Shown here: positions 18,309-28,086 of the stretch, one piece after another
How positions within the stretch are numbered: position 1 is the first letter of the stretch
Layout of the letters: each line of letters opens with the position of its first letter
Source: Stellaceae bacterium
Lineage (GTDB): Bacteria > Pseudomonadota > Alphaproteobacteria > ATCC43930 > CGMCC-115725
Length of the DNA stretch: 64,000 nt
NCBI GenBank assembly: GCA_035553515.1
Contig: DATNDG010000073.1
Span: 6,034-70,033, forward strand
Direction of reading: 5' to 3'
Made by a program: the position numbers and the translations under genes
Notes under the pieces: generated by a model
The model's input: the letters and a program-made list of their open reading frames with translations, nothing else
Databases searched by the model: none
Told to the model about the DNA's origin: nothing

Positions 18309-19257
18309 GAGGAAGACCGGCGCGGGCGTGCAACCGCCGCCGCTGAAGCTGTCGCGCGTTCTCCATGCGCCGCGCGAGACGGTGTTCCGGGCCTGGAGCT
18401 CGGCCGAGCATGTGAAGCGCTGGTTCTGCCCGGAAGGGTTCGCCATTCCCGAGGCGCGGGTCGAGCCGCAGGTCGGCGGCGCCTTCGAGGTCTGCATGCG
18501 CTCGCCGGCCGGCGAGGAGCATTGGATGCGCGGCCGCTTCGTCGAGATCGCGCCACCGAGCCGGCTGGTGATCGATGCGCTGGTCTCAGACAAGCGCGGC
18601 GCGCCGCTCTTCCGCGCCTATACCGAGGTCGAGTTTTCCGACGCGCTGGGCGGAACGCGGCTCGACGTGGTGCAGACCTATACCTTCGAGGACCCCGCGA
18701 GCGCGGGGCCGATGGTGGCGGGCGCGCCGGACGGCTGGCGCGGCACACTCGACAAGCTCGAGAAGGAGGTCGTGCGCATGCAAGGTGGCAAGGAGACCGG
18801 CATCCGCTCGGTCGTCCATGCAAGCTTCCAGCTGGAGCGAACCTATGACGCGCCGGTGGCGCTTCTCTGGCGGGCGCTGACCGATCCGGCGGCGAAGCAG
18901 AAATGGTTCGGCGGCTCGCCTGGCCGCTGGGAGTTGCTCGAGCGGCAGATGGATGTGCGCGCGGGCGGGCGCGAGCGGCTCAAGGGGCGCTGGGAAGGCG
19001 GCATCGTTTCCACCTTCGACGCCCTCTATCACGACGTGATCGCGAACGAGCGGCTGGTCTACAGCTACGACATGTATCTCGACGACAAGAAGATCTCGGT
19101 CTCGCTCGCCACCATGCAGCTGAAAGCGCAGGGTGGAAAGACCGTGCTCAAAGTGACCGAGCAAGGCGCCTTCCTCGACGGCTATGACGACGCCGACTCG
19201 CGCGAGCGCGGCACCAGCCAGCTCCTCGATGCGCTGGGAGCGTCCCTGAAGAAATGA
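18292..19257 (+). CDS. tandem SRPBCC (AHSA1/START-like) domain protein
   Basis: 321 aa with two repeats of the pattern ...VFRAWSSAEHVKRWF... / ...LWRALTDPAAKQKWF.... Overlaps the upstream ArsR gene, a typical pairing. Confidence 0.8.
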   Translation: MARESERKTGAGVQPPPLKLSRVLHAPRETVFRAWSSAEHVKRWFCPEGFAIPEARVEPQVGGAFEVCMRSPAGEEHWMRGRFVEIAPPSRLVIDALVSDKRGAPLFRAYTEVEFSDALGGTRLDVVQTYTFEDPASAGPMVAGAPDGWRGTLDKLEKEVVRMQGGKETGIRSVVHASFQLERTYDAPVALLWRALTDPAAKQKWFGGSPGRWELLERQMDVRAGGRERLKGRWEGGIVSTFDALYHDVIANERLVYSYDMYLDDKKISVSLATMQLKAQGGKTVLKVTEQGAFLDGYDDADSRERGTSQLLDALGASLKK

Positions 19258-19283
19258 GCTCCGGGCTGCGCCGGCAGCCGCGC

Positions 19284-19829
19284 TTACCAGGTGCGCACGC
19301 GGCCGGTATCGACGTGGACGAAGTCGGAATGCGGGTAGTAGCCGACGCCGCCGCGCCTGAGCGACAGCGCGGCGGCGCGCACGTAGCGCAGATGGCGTCC
19401 GGGGACGCGGATGTCGATCGCCTGGCCCTGCATGTGCAGGCTGTTCTGCGCCACGCCGTCGGTAAGGCTTGCCAGCATGGCGTTGGTCTCTGGCGAGCGA
19501 TAGCCGGAGATGACCGCGAAGGGCTGGCGCGTACCGAGCCGCAGATGGAGCGCTGCGAGCAGGTCGAGCAGCGCCGGGTCCATGGGGTGGATCTGATCGG
19601 TGCGGAAGTCGCGCAGCAGCCAGTTGATGTGCTGGATCGCCTCGGGCACGTAGCGGCCGTCCTCCCAGTAGACGGTGCTGAGCCGCTCGCCGGTATGAAG
19701 GTTGTCGAAGGCGAGCGCCCGCGGCCGCTTCAGAAGCGGTGCCGCCTCGGCGGGAAGAGCCAGTCCGCTGAATAGCGCGGCGCCGGCGATCCCGAGGAAT
19801 CGCCGCCGATCCACCCCCCCACCCGACAT
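19284..19829 (-). CDS. DUF882 / peptidase M15A family protein (YcbK-like), Tat signal
   Basis: MSGGGVDRRRFLGIAGAALFSGLALPAEA is a twin-arginine signal, followed by SGYRSPETN...HMQGQAIDI...YYPHSDFVHVD. The track ORF extends to 19868. Confidence 0.85.
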   Translation of the reverse strand: MSGGGVDRRRFLGIAGAALFSGLALPAEAAPLLKRPRALAFDNLHTGERLSTVYWEDGRYVPEAIQHINWLLRDFRTDQIHPMDPALLDLLAALHLRLGTRQPFAVISGYRSPETNAMLASLTDGVAQNSLHMQGQAIDIRVPGRHLRYVRAAALSLRRGGVGYYPHSDFVHVDTGRVRTW

Positions 19830-19951
19830 CAACACCCCCGCAACAGGCGCTTCCGCATCGCGTCCCACCCGATGGCTAATAGAACACCGTATGGTTAACG
19901 ACGCAACCCAGGATGTCGCCCAAAAACGTTACGGAAGTGTTACGACGCGGT

Positions 19952-21559
19952 TTACTTCGCGGCGGTTTTGGTCGGGTGCGGGGGCGAAGGCAGGATGTGC
20001 GGGACCAGCAGGGGAGCCGGCGGGACAATGCCGAGGCGCTCCTCGGCATCGCGGACCTGGACCGCCGCGGCGAGCCGGTCGTCGCGGCCATAGACATCGT
20101 CGCGGAACTCGACGGAGCCGTCGGTGTCGACGAAGGCCGTCCAGTAGAGCAGATAGACCGGGATGCCATGCGCCAGCGGCACGCGGCGCGTGTCGCCCTC
20201 GGCGATGGCGCCATCAATATCCTGCAGCGTCCAGGTGGTCTTGCCGTCGCTCAGCACATAGACCGCGAGGTCGCGCGGGTCCTCGAGCCGGACGCAGCCA
20301 TGGGAGAGATCGCGCAGCACCCGGCCGAACAGCGGGTGGCTCGGCGTGTCGTGCAGGTAGACGTCGTAGATGTTCGGCACCTCGAATTTGATGCGGCCCA
20401 GCGCATTGTCCGGCCCCGGAAGCTGCTGCAGCGCCGAGCGACCGGGCGCGCCGACATAGACGTAGTGATTGCGCGCCAGATAATGCGGGTCGCGCTTGGC
20501 CTTGGGCAGGATCTCCTTGCGCGCAATCGAATCCGGAATCCGCCAGGGCGGATTGAACAGCACCGCGCTCATCCAGGCGCGCAGCACCGGGGTCGGGTGA
20601 TCAGCGGCGCCGACGATGGCGCGCATGGTGAGGCCGGGCTCGTCATGGGCAATGACGGTGAGCCAGGCAGCCGGCACATTCACCTCGATGCGGCTGCCGG
20701 GCCAGCGATGCGGCGTCTCGCGCCAGCGCTCGAGATTGTCGCGGATCTGCTCGATGCGCGCCGAGACCGACACGTTGAGCGCCACATAGGTCGCATGCCA
20801 GACCCTGCCATCGACGGCGATGCCGTGCTGCGCCTGGAAGCGCCGCACCGCGGCGTCGAGCGCGTCGTCGAAATCGGCGCCGGCGGCGGCATCGGCGGAA
20901 AGATATCCCTCGGCCGCCAGGCGGCGGCGCAGCCGCTCGACCGCCGGACCGCTGTCGCCGAGCTGGAGCTTGCCGGTCTCGGGAAGCCGCTTCCAGCCGC
21001 CGGCCGCGGCCATCGCGCGGTACTGCGCGAGCGCCTCGACGAGGCCCTGATAGCCGGCCTCGGGAGGCGCGAGACGCGCGAGCACCCGCGCCGGATCGCC
21101 CTGCGCCGCGGCATCGAGCGCCGCGGCCGGATCGAAGAGCGGTACCGGCAGCGACCAGTCGGTCTCGAGCGTGGCCGAGTTGACGAGACCATGCGCCAGC
21201 ACGCCGGCATAGCGCAGGAAGGTATCGGTCAGCAGCAGCTCGCGCTGATCGGGGGGTGCCTTCGGCACGGCGAACATGGCAGGGTCGATACCCTGGAGGG
21301 CCGCGCCGGCGATCGCCTCTTGCAGCGCCGCCTGTCGCCCGGCATCCCAGATCGGTTCATCCTGCCGCGCAGTATAGAGCTGCTCCAGCAATCCCCGGTC
21401 GAGCGTCCGCCCGGCAACCTGCAATTCGCCCTCGCCGTCGAGCAGCGACTTGATTCCCGCGGCGGTGGCCGGTTCCGGCGCCGCCGCGCGCACAACCGGC
21501 AGCCCGGCGGCCAGGAGAAGCGCCGCCAGCAAGGGAGGGGCAAGGACAGTGCGAAGCAT
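19952..21559 (-). CDS. L,D-transpeptidase (YcbB-like) with peptidoglycan-binding domain
   Basis: Internal ATG 21559 (MLRTVLAPPLLAALLLAAGLPVVRA, a signal peptide). PG-binding domain DSGPAVERLRRRLAAEGY. YkuD catalytic motif HDTPSHPLF...LSHGCVRL. Confidence 0.88.
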   Translation of the reverse strand: MLRTVLAPPLLAALLLAAGLPVVRAAAPEPATAAGIKSLLDGEGELQVAGRTLDRGLLEQLYTARQDEPIWDAGRQAALQEAIAGAALQGIDPAMFAVPKAPPDQRELLLTDTFLRYAGVLAHGLVNSATLETDWSLPVPLFDPAAALDAAAQGDPARVLARLAPPEAGYQGLVEALAQYRAMAAAGGWKRLPETGKLQLGDSGPAVERLRRRLAAEGYLSADAAAGADFDDALDAAVRRFQAQHGIAVDGRVWHATYVALNVSVSARIEQIRDNLERWRETPHRWPGSRIEVNVPAAWLTVIAHDEPGLTMRAIVGAADHPTPVLRAWMSAVLFNPPWRIPDSIARKEILPKAKRDPHYLARNHYVYVGAPGRSALQQLPGPDNALGRIKFEVPNIYDVYLHDTPSHPLFGRVLRDLSHGCVRLEDPRDLAVYVLSDGKTTWTLQDIDGAIAEGDTRRVPLAHGIPVYLLYWTAFVDTDGSVEFRDDVYGRDDRLAAAVQVRDAEERLGIVPPAPLLVPHILPSPPHPTKTAAK

Positions 21560-21681
21560 GTGTGCAGCGCAGTATACAACCTTTGCCCCAAATATGCTCC
21601 GGTTCCGATTAACGACTGGTTCACGACCGCCTGATCCGGTGATCACAACCGGCGTCAAGCGGTCGCAGCCGGCCCCGGCGC

Positions 21682-22797
21682 CTACCCCCAGACTTCGGCG
21701 GCGGTCTCGACGATGAGGCGGAGCTTGGCCTTTTCTTCCTCGAGAGTGAGGGCGTTGCCCTCGACGGTGGAAGAGAACCCGCATTGCGGGCTGAGGCAGA
21801 GCTGGTCGAGCGGCACGTATTTGGCCGCCTGGTCGATGCGGCGCTTCAGATCGTCCTTCTTCTCGAGCGCGCCTTTTTTGGTCGTGACCAGCCCCAGCAC
21901 CACCATCTTGCCTTTGGGCACGAAGCGCAGCGGCTCGAACCCGCCGGATCGGGCATCGTCATATTCGAGGAAGAACCCGTCGACCTGGAGCTGGCCGAAG
22001 AGCGCCTCGGCGACATGGTCGTAGCCGCCCGAGGCCACCCAGGAGGAGCGGAAATTGCCGCGGCACATATGGGTGCAGACGGTCATCCCCGCCGGCTTCT
22101 TGGCGAGCGCCGCGTTAATGAGGCGGATATAGGTCAGATGCTGGCTCTCGCCGGTGCCGCCGAGCTTGGTGATGTACTCGCGCTGCGCCGGGTCGTTGAG
22201 ATAGGCGAGGCTGGTGTCGTCGAGCTGGAGATAGCTGCAGCCGAGCTTGCCGAGCGCGGCGATCTCGTCGGCGTAGACGCCGCCGAGATCCCGCCAGAAG
22301 CCCTCGAGATCGGGATAGAGCTTCTCGTCGATGGCGGCGCGGCCGCCGCGGTAATGCATCATGCTGGGCGAGGGGATGGTGAGCTTGGGCGTCGCCTTCG
22401 CCACCGATTTCAGATAGGCGAAGTCCTCGGCGAAGATCGGCTTGGCGAGGTTGAGCTTGCCGGTCACCCTGAGCGCCGCCGGAGTGAACTCGATATCGCC
22501 CTTCTCGTTGTGGAACCTGACCTTGAGATTGTCCTGCACCTTGGTGACGCCGCCCACCTGGTAGAGGAAATCCATGTGCCAGGAGCCGCGGCGGAATTCG
22601 CCGTCGGTGACCCCCTGGAGCCCGATCTCCTCCTCCATCCGCACCACGTCCTTGATCGCCTCGTCCTCGGCGTGGCGCAGCTCGGCGGCGGAGAGTCGCC
22701 CGGCCTTGGCGGCCTCGCGCGCATCGAGTAGCGATTTCGGGCGCAGCAGGCTGCCGACATGGTCGGCGCGGAAAGGCGGCTTCGTGCGGCGGGCCAT
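21682..22797 (-). CDS. cobalamin-independent methionine synthase II (MetE C-terminal-like) family protein
   Basis: ATG 22797 (MARRTKPPFRADHVGSLLRP) is preceded by GGAGGAA. C-terminal ...CLSPQCGFSS carries the Zn ligands. Confidence 0.85.
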   Translation of the reverse strand: MARRTKPPFRADHVGSLLRPKSLLDAREAAKAGRLSAAELRHAEDEAIKDVVRMEEEIGLQGVTDGEFRRGSWHMDFLYQVGGVTKVQDNLKVRFHNEKGDIEFTPAALRVTGKLNLAKPIFAEDFAYLKSVAKATPKLTIPSPSMMHYRGGRAAIDEKLYPDLEGFWRDLGGVYADEIAALGKLGCSYLQLDDTSLAYLNDPAQREYITKLGGTGESQHLTYIRLINAALAKKPAGMTVCTHMCRGNFRSSWVASGGYDHVAEALFGQLQVDGFFLEYDDARSGGFEPLRFVPKGKMVVLGLVTTKKGALEKKDDLKRRIDQAAKYVPLDQLCLSPQCGFSSTVEGNALTLEEEKAKLRLIVETAAEVWG

Positions 22798-22889
22798 GGC
22801 GTGTTCCTCCGTCATTTATGTGCGGTCCCGAGCGGTTTCTGGCGCCCGCGGCGGGCGAAATCCAGTATCGCCGCCGCACAGCGAAGAAA

Positions 22890-22913
22890 CCCTCTCCCCG
22901 CAGGGGGAGGGGG
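22890..22913. repeat. family B hairpin (ccctctcccc-gca-gggggagggg)
   Basis: Short perfect stem-loop of the same sequence family as 8185-8362 and 10557-10639. Confidence 0.7.
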
Positions 22914-22936
22914 AATCATCCGCGCTTCGCCCTCGC

Positions 22937-23860
22937 CTAGCCCTTCTTGCGCCGCGCCTCGTGCACCTGAAGGTTGGCGAGCGCGATGCGCAGCAACGGC
23001 ACGTCGAGGCCGCGCTTCTCGGCGCGGCGGACAAGGTCGCCGATGATGTGGTCGCCCTCGGTGGCGCCGCCCGCCACGAGATCGCGCTGCATGGAAGCGC
23101 TGAAGGCGGAGCCGCGGGTGGTCAGCATCTTGCGCGTGCGCTCGACGGATTCGACACTCGGCGGATGCCCGTCGGCGGCGGCGACGCTGCGGCACTCGTC
23201 GAGCGCCTTCAGCACCAGCCATTCGCCGAGCGGAGCCGCCAGAATCTCGCCGACATTGGCGCGGGTGAGCGTGGTCGACGCCGCAAGCGAGGCAAGCATG
23301 ACGAACTTGTCCCACATCGCCTGCATGATGTTGTCGTTGAGCGTCGCGTTGACCTTGGTGCGCGAGAAGGTCTGGGCGACCGCCTCGCAGCGCGCCGAGC
23401 GCTCGCCGCTGACTTCGCCGAAGGTGAGCCACTCCATGGTGCCGACATGGCGTATCTCGCCTTGCGGATCGAGCGTGACGCCGATGCCGCAGGCGCCGCC
23501 GAGCACGCGCTCGGCACCGAAGCGCCCCGAGAGAGCCGCCATGTGGTTGATGCCGTTGAGCAGCGGCAGGATGGCGCTGCGCGGGCCGACCGCCGGCACG
23601 ATTGCCTCGGTCGCACTGTCGAGATCGTAGGCTTTGCAGGAGAGCAGCACGAGATCATAGGCCTCGCGCAACTGCTCGGCCTGCACGGTCTTCACCTTCT
23701 GCTCGATATCGCCGAGCGCGCTGCGCACCACCAGTCCGCGCTCCGCCAGCGCCTGCGCCCGGCGCGGCCGCACCAAGAAGGTGACGTCGGCGCCACCTTC
23801 CACCAGCCTGCCGCCGTAATAGCCGCCGATCGCGCCGGCGCCGAGCACCAGGATCCGCAT
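22937..23860 (-). CDS. panE: 2-dehydropantoate 2-reductase (ApbA/PanE family)
   Basis: ATG 23860. [19 protein letters not shown] is the Rossmann fold. Central ...LLNGINH... and C-terminal SMQRDL motifs are present. Confidence 0.85.
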   Translation of the reverse strand: MRILVLGAGAIGGYYGGRLVEGGADVTFLVRPRRAQALAERGLVVRSALGDIEQKVKTVQAEQLREAYDLVLLSCKAYDLDSATEAIVPAVGPRSAILPLLNGINHMAALSGRFGAERVLGGACGIGVTLDPQGEIRHVGTMEWLTFGEVSGERSARCEAVAQTFSRTKVNATLNDNIMQAMWDKFVMLASLAASTTLTRANVGEILAAPLGEWLVLKALDECRSVAAADGHPPSVESVERTRKMLTTRGSAFSASMQRDLVAGGATEGDHIIGDLVRRAEKRGLDVPLLRIALANLQVHEARRKKG

Positions 23861-23985
23861 CTCGCCCTCCTCACTCTCTCGCTGTCGCCGGCATGCTAGC
23901 GAAGCGGCGCACCAGCTCGCCACTGAGAAAATTTCCGGAGGCGGCGGGCGGCTCGTCTGTTAGCCTCAATGAGGGGAGATGCGCG

Positions 23986-24810
23986 ATGCAGAATATCGAG
24001 ATCAAAGGCGCAAAGGTTCCGGCGCTGGGGCTCGGCACCTGGCAGCTCAGCGGACGCGGCTGTATCGAGGCCGTGCACCACGCGCTCGATCTGGGGTATC
24101 GCCACATCGACACCGCGCAGATGTACGGCAACGAGACCGAGGTCGGCCGCGCGCTGCGCGACAGCGGCGTGCCGCGCCACGAGATCTTTCTCACCACCAA
24201 GGTGGCGCCAGGCAACCTTGCGGCGACGGCCGTGCGCCGCTCAGCCGAGGAGAGCCTGAAGCGCCTCGGCGTCGATCAGGTCGATCTGCTGCTCATCCAT
24301 TGGCCGACCGGCGAGGCGCCGCTCGGCGAGACCTTGGGAGCGCTCGCGCGGCTGCGCCAGGAGGGCAAGACACGCTTCATCGGCGTCAGCAACTTCACCG
24401 TGAAGCTGCTCGACGAGACGATCCAGGCGCTGCACGCGGACATCCTCTGCAACCAGGTTGAATATCATCCCTTCCTGTCGCAGCGCGCCGTCATGGCAGC
24501 CGATACCCGCTACGGGCTGATGCTCACCGCCTATGCGCCGCTCGCGCGCGGCCAGGTGTCGCGCGACGCGGTGCTCGCCGGCATCGCCCGCAAGCATGGA
24601 AAGTCGCCGGCCCAGGTGACGTTGCGCTGGCTTCTCGACCAGAAGAACGTCGCGGCGATTCCGAAGGCGGCCAGCCGCGCCCATGCCGCCGCCAATATCG
24701 ATATCTTCGATTTCGCGCTCGATCCCGAGGATCGCGCCGCGATCGACGAGCTGCGCGGCGACCAGCGCGTCGTCGATCCTGGCTGGGGCCCGACATGGGA
24801 TCCGCCGTGA
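23986..24810 (+). CDS. aldo/keto reductase (2,5-diketo-D-gluconate reductase-like)
   Basis: ATG 23986 after the RBS gaggggag. Motifs: LGLGTWQ, YRHIDTAQMYGNE, LIHWP, GVSNF, AIPKA. Confidence 0.9.
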   Translation: MQNIEIKGAKVPALGLGTWQLSGRGCIEAVHHALDLGYRHIDTAQMYGNETEVGRALRDSGVPRHEIFLTTKVAPGNLAATAVRRSAEESLKRLGVDQVDLLLIHWPTGEAPLGETLGALARLRQEGKTRFIGVSNFTVKLLDETIQALHADILCNQVEYHPFLSQRAVMAADTRYGLMLTAYAPLARGQVSRDAVLAGIARKHGKSPAQVTLRWLLDQKNVAAIPKAASRAHAAANIDIFDFALDPEDRAAIDELRGDQRVVDPGWGPTWDPP

Positions 24811-24827
24811 GGCTGCAGGAAGTACAG

Positions 24828-24936
24828 TGCGTCCTTCGACTGCTCGCTGCGCTCGCGCTCAGGATGAGGACAGTCCTTTGCGGTCCCTGAAGGGGCCACA
24901 TCCGATGCTCCTCATCCTGAGCCTGTCGAAGGACGC
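24828..24936. repeat. palindromic intergenic element, family A
   Basis: The arm tgcgtccttcgac...ctcaggatgagg (long) pairs with cctcatcctgagcctgtcgaaggacgc. It lies 18 nt after the AKR stop, between convergent genes. Confidence 0.9.
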
Positions 24937-24972
24937 TGGTTCACCTTGCAGCGAGAGCCCCAACAGCGTTCG

Positions 24973-25407
24973 TTACTTCTCGCCCTGAAGCTTCTCGACC
25001 AGCGAGGGCAGCACGCGGAGGTCGTAGCCTTTGACCGCCGCCTCGGCGACGAGCTTCAGCGCGCTCTCGCCGTCGAAGAGGGCCCGGCTCGCCGCCCACA
25101 TCAGGTAGCAGCGTGTGCCGCTGCGGCAATGCGCCAGGATGGGGCCGGGACCGCGCAGCACCAGGCGCTGGAACTCCGCCACCTGCTGACGGGTGATGTT
25201 GCCCGTCACCACCGGCAGATAGCGGTATTCGAGACCCTGCTTCTTCGCCTCGGCCTCCGCCTCGGCGGCGCTGAGCTGGCCCGGCTCCTCGCCGTCCGGG
25301 CGATTGTTGATGATCATGCCGAAGCCCGCTTTGGCAAGCTCGGCGATGTCGCTCTTGCTGATCTGCTCAGCGACGCTGAGCGACGGCGTGATCTGCGTCG
25401 GCTGCAT
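24973..25407 (-). CDS. TIGR01244/DUF442 PTP-like (beta-lactamase hydrolase-like) protein
   Basis: 144 aa. IINNRPDGEE and the HCRSGTR motif (Cys-X5-Arg P-loop). Confidence 0.8.
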   Translation of the reverse strand: MQPTQITPSLSVAEQISKSDIAELAKAGFGMIINNRPDGEEPGQLSAAEAEAEAKKQGLEYRYLPVVTGNITRQQVAEFQRLVLRGPGPILAHCRSGTRCYLMWAASRALFDGESALKLVAEAAVKGYDLRVLPSLVEKLQGEK

Positions 25408-25472
25408 CCGGCACCTCCCTCATGGATGGGCTGTCATAGCACGCCGCCCGGGTGCGCGCATCCAGCCCTGGC

Positions 25473-26078
25473 TCAGCGCCGCGCGAAGCTGGCGAGAATT
25501 CTATCGACCTCGGAGATCTCGGCGAGCAGCGCCATGGCCTTGAGGCTCGCTTCGTGCAACGCAGGGCTTCCCGAGGAGCAGGCGTCCGCCGCCACGGTCA
25601 CGGCGTAGCCGCGGTCCGACGCGCTGCGCACGGTGCTCTCGACCACATAGGTCGTCGAGATGCCGGCGATGACGAGCCGCTCCGCCCGGTGGAGCGCGAG
25701 CACGTCGGCGAGCGGCGAGCCGTGGAAGGCGTCGTTGCGCCGATGCGTCACCACAGTCTCGCCGGGCAGCGGGCCCAGCCCCGGATAGAACTCGGCGCCC
25801 CAGCTCCCGTCGACCAGCGCGCCCGAGGCGACGACGCGGCGCCAGATCTCGGCATTCTGCGCAACCTCGGCGTGGTTCGCGCTGAAGGCGATCCTGACCG
25901 AGACCACCGGCACATGCGCCGCGCGCGCGCCATCAAACAACCGCTTTGCCGCGGCGAGCACCGCCTGGCGCTCCGGGCTCCCCTCGGCGATGCCGATGCG
26001 GATGCGTCCATCGGCATGCGCCACTTCGTTCTGATAGTGGAGCGCGAGCAGGACGGTGGCGGCGCGCGGCTGGCTCAC
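25473..26078 (-). CDS. isochorismatase-like hydrolase family protein
   Basis: 201 aa. VLLALHYQNE, DAFHGSPL, LVIAGISTTYVVESTVRSASDRGY. The position of the usual nucleophilic Cys reads Y-V-V. Overlaps the upstream gene by 4 nt. Confidence 0.8.
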   Translation of the reverse strand: MSQPRAATVLLALHYQNEVAHADGRIRIGIAEGSPERQAVLAAAKRLFDGARAAHVPVVSVRIAFSANHAEVAQNAEIWRRVVASGALVDGSWGAEFYPGLGPLPGETVVTHRRNDAFHGSPLADVLALHRAERLVIAGISTTYVVESTVRSASDRGYAVTVAADACSSGSPALHEASLKAMALLAEISEVDRILASFARR

Positions 26079-26608
26079 AGGAAGAGCTGCACCACTTCCA
26101 TCGGCGCATCACAGTTGACGAGGTCGATGCGCTTCATGGCGATCTTGAAGCTGTTGCCGTCGCGCCGCAGCCAGTGGCGCACGCCGCCGCCGAAGAGCCG
26201 CTGCTCCTCCTTGCGGAACTCGAGGATATGCACCGTCGAGCGCACGACGAGATCGGCTTTGGGCTTCATCCCGCCATCGGCGCCGGCGCCGCCCTCGGGG
26301 TCGAGCATGACATTGCCGATGACATGACTCATCCGCGTCGGAAAATCCTGGCTATAGGCGTGCGGATGGGTGATGCGGATGATGCGCATTTCCATGCGCA
26401 TGCGCTCCTCGGCATAAAGCGAGATGGTGTCCACGGGATCCTTCTGGCCCACCACCGAGGGCACCCAGTAGAAGCAGTCCTCGGTATAGAGCGCGAGCCA
26501 ATCCTGCCAGCGTTTTTCGTCGAGCAGCAGCGCTTCGCGATAGAGGAACTGCTCGATGGTGCGGAGATCGACCGCGGCGAGATCGATGTCGGAGCCGGGC
26601 GAGGCCAT
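26075..26608 (-). CDS. aromatic-ring-hydroxylating oxygenase, beta (small) subunit
   Basis: 177 aa. IEQFLYREALLLDEKRWQDWLALYTEDCFYWVP is the NTF2-like small-subunit signature. Confidence 0.88.
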   Translation of the reverse strand: MASPGSDIDLAAVDLRTIEQFLYREALLLDEKRWQDWLALYTEDCFYWVPSVVGQKDPVDTISLYAEERMRMEMRIIRITHPHAYSQDFPTRMSHVIGNVMLDPEGGAGADGGMKPKADLVVRSTVHILEFRKEEQRLFGGGVRHWLRRDGNSFKIAMKRIDLVNCDAPMEVVQLFL

Positions 26609-26609
26609 C

Positions 26610-27917
26610 TCACGCCTCCGCGGTCATGTAGGAGAGCCAGGCGCGGTACTGGTTGCGCATCGGCAGCTCGCTGGTGCCGTTGGCTCTCGTCCATTCATTC
26701 TCCCGCCGCTCGCGCCCGGCATCGCGATGCAGGCTGACCCAGGGCGTCGCCTGCGCCACGAGCCCTTCCTGGACGCGGTTATAGGCCTCGTGATCGTCGG
26801 GCATGACGATCGAGCCCGGCGAGTTCACCACGTTGGAATAGATGAGGGTGTGCTTGTAGAACTCGTCCGGTGCACCCTTGAGGCGGAAGGCATAGACGTC
26901 CATCTGCGTCCGATCGACCGCGAGCGGCCGGATATTGCGGAGCTGCTGATAGCCCGACTGGATCGAGATATTGGGGTAGAAGATGGTGTTGTGGCGGTCG
27001 ACGGCGAGGATCTCCTCGGTCCGCGCCTTCCCATAAGCCTTCTCCATCGCCGCGATATAGGCGAGATAGACGGGGTCGGTGCGACGCGGCGGGAAGATCC
27101 CGCCCATGAAGCTGTGGCCGCTGGCATGGGCTTGCAAGGTCAGCTTCTCCCAGAACTCGTAGGGAAAGCCGTTGTTGCGCGTGAAGCGCACCGGCAGCGG
27201 ATCGGGCGCTCCTTCGCCGAGATGTTGTTGCGCCCAGAGCTTCCCGGCATCGACCGAGGATTCGTGGACGACCATGGGATGCATGGTGTCGTTGAGATTC
27301 TCGAGGAAGATCTTCCAATTGGCGCGGAAGACGACGCGGAAGCAGCCGCCGACCACCTCGAGCTCGCCCTGGGGCGAGCGGTCGACCATGTCGTCGATCG
27401 AGGAGCGTGCATCGCCGAGATAGTCAGCGAGGCTCGGCCCCTCCTGGGCCAAGCTCGCGAAGACGAAGCCACGATAGCTCTCGACGCGCGGCAGCTTCAT
27501 CATGCCGTAGCGCGGATCGGCGAGATCGATCGCCGTGCCCTCATAGCCTCGCTGCATCGGAATGCCGCGCAGCGTGCCGTCGGTGCGGTAGGTCCAGCCG
27601 TGATAGCAGCAGCGGAAGAAGCGGACATTGCCCTCGCGATCGCCCACCACTTTGGCGCCGCGATGGCCGCAGCGATTATGGAGCACATAGACCTTGCCGT
27701 CGCTGTGCCGGCTTATCACCACCGGCTGTCGGCCGATGGTTGCGGCGACATAATCGCCCGGGTTCTTCACCTGGCTCTCATGCCCGACCCATATCCAGGC
27801 GCGGCCGAAGATGCGCTCCATCTCGATCTCGAAAAGGGCGGGATCGACATAGATGTCGCGATGAACGCGGTCGGCCTCGATCAGCGCGCGGATCGCCGCG
27901 GCGTCATAGGGCGCCAT
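26610..27917 (-). CDS. Rieske non-heme iron aromatic-ring-hydroxylating oxygenase, alpha subunit
   Basis: 435 aa. Rieske motif C-G-H-X17-C-C-Y-H (NRCGHRG...FRCCYHGW). Mononuclear iron motif D-T-M-H-P-M-V-V-H. Confidence 0.92.
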   Translation of the reverse strand: MAPYDAAAIRALIEADRVHRDIYVDPALFEIEMERIFGRAWIWVGHESQVKNPGDYVAATIGRQPVVISRHSDGKVYVLHNRCGHRGAKVVGDREGNVRFFRCCYHGWTYRTDGTLRGIPMQRGYEGTAIDLADPRYGMMKLPRVESYRGFVFASLAQEGPSLADYLGDARSSIDDMVDRSPQGELEVVGGCFRVVFRANWKIFLENLNDTMHPMVVHESSVDAGKLWAQQHLGEGAPDPLPVRFTRNNGFPYEFWEKLTLQAHASGHSFMGGIFPPRRTDPVYLAYIAAMEKAYGKARTEEILAVDRHNTIFYPNISIQSGYQQLRNIRPLAVDRTQMDVYAFRLKGAPDEFYKHTLIYSNVVNSPGSIVMPDDHEAYNRVQEGLVAQATPWVSLHRDAGRERRENEWTRANGTSELPMRNQYRAWLSYMTAEA

Positions 27918-28086
27918 AGAGTTCCTCCCAGCCTCCGTTCTTGCCGGAATGCTAGCCCGGATTTCTTACACGGTCACGGGCCGCGTTGCGCGCAGTGCGC
28001 GAAAGGGATAGCGTAATCCGAGGCAAGGTCCAGAGCGCAGGGGACCGCGCGCGGCCCCGTCGCAATGCGTACTGTCGGAGGCAAGC

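Noticed and set aside
17909-18823. 304-aa minus-strand ORF rich in Arg, Pro and Ser.
   Set aside because: It is a shadow of the ArsR and SRPBCC genes on the plus strand.
19284-21559. The L,D-transpeptidase and DUF882 peptidase pair as a possible novel system.
   Set aside because: This is the well-known YcbB/YcbK-type pairing that is widespread in proteobacteria, so it is ordinary cell-wall maintenance.
22798-22936. Riboswitch (cobalamin or SAM type) upstream of the MetE-like gene.
   Set aside because: The leader is only about 140 nt, and a sizeable part of it is a family B hairpin. I could not find conserved riboswitch core motifs by eye. An Infernal scan would be needed.
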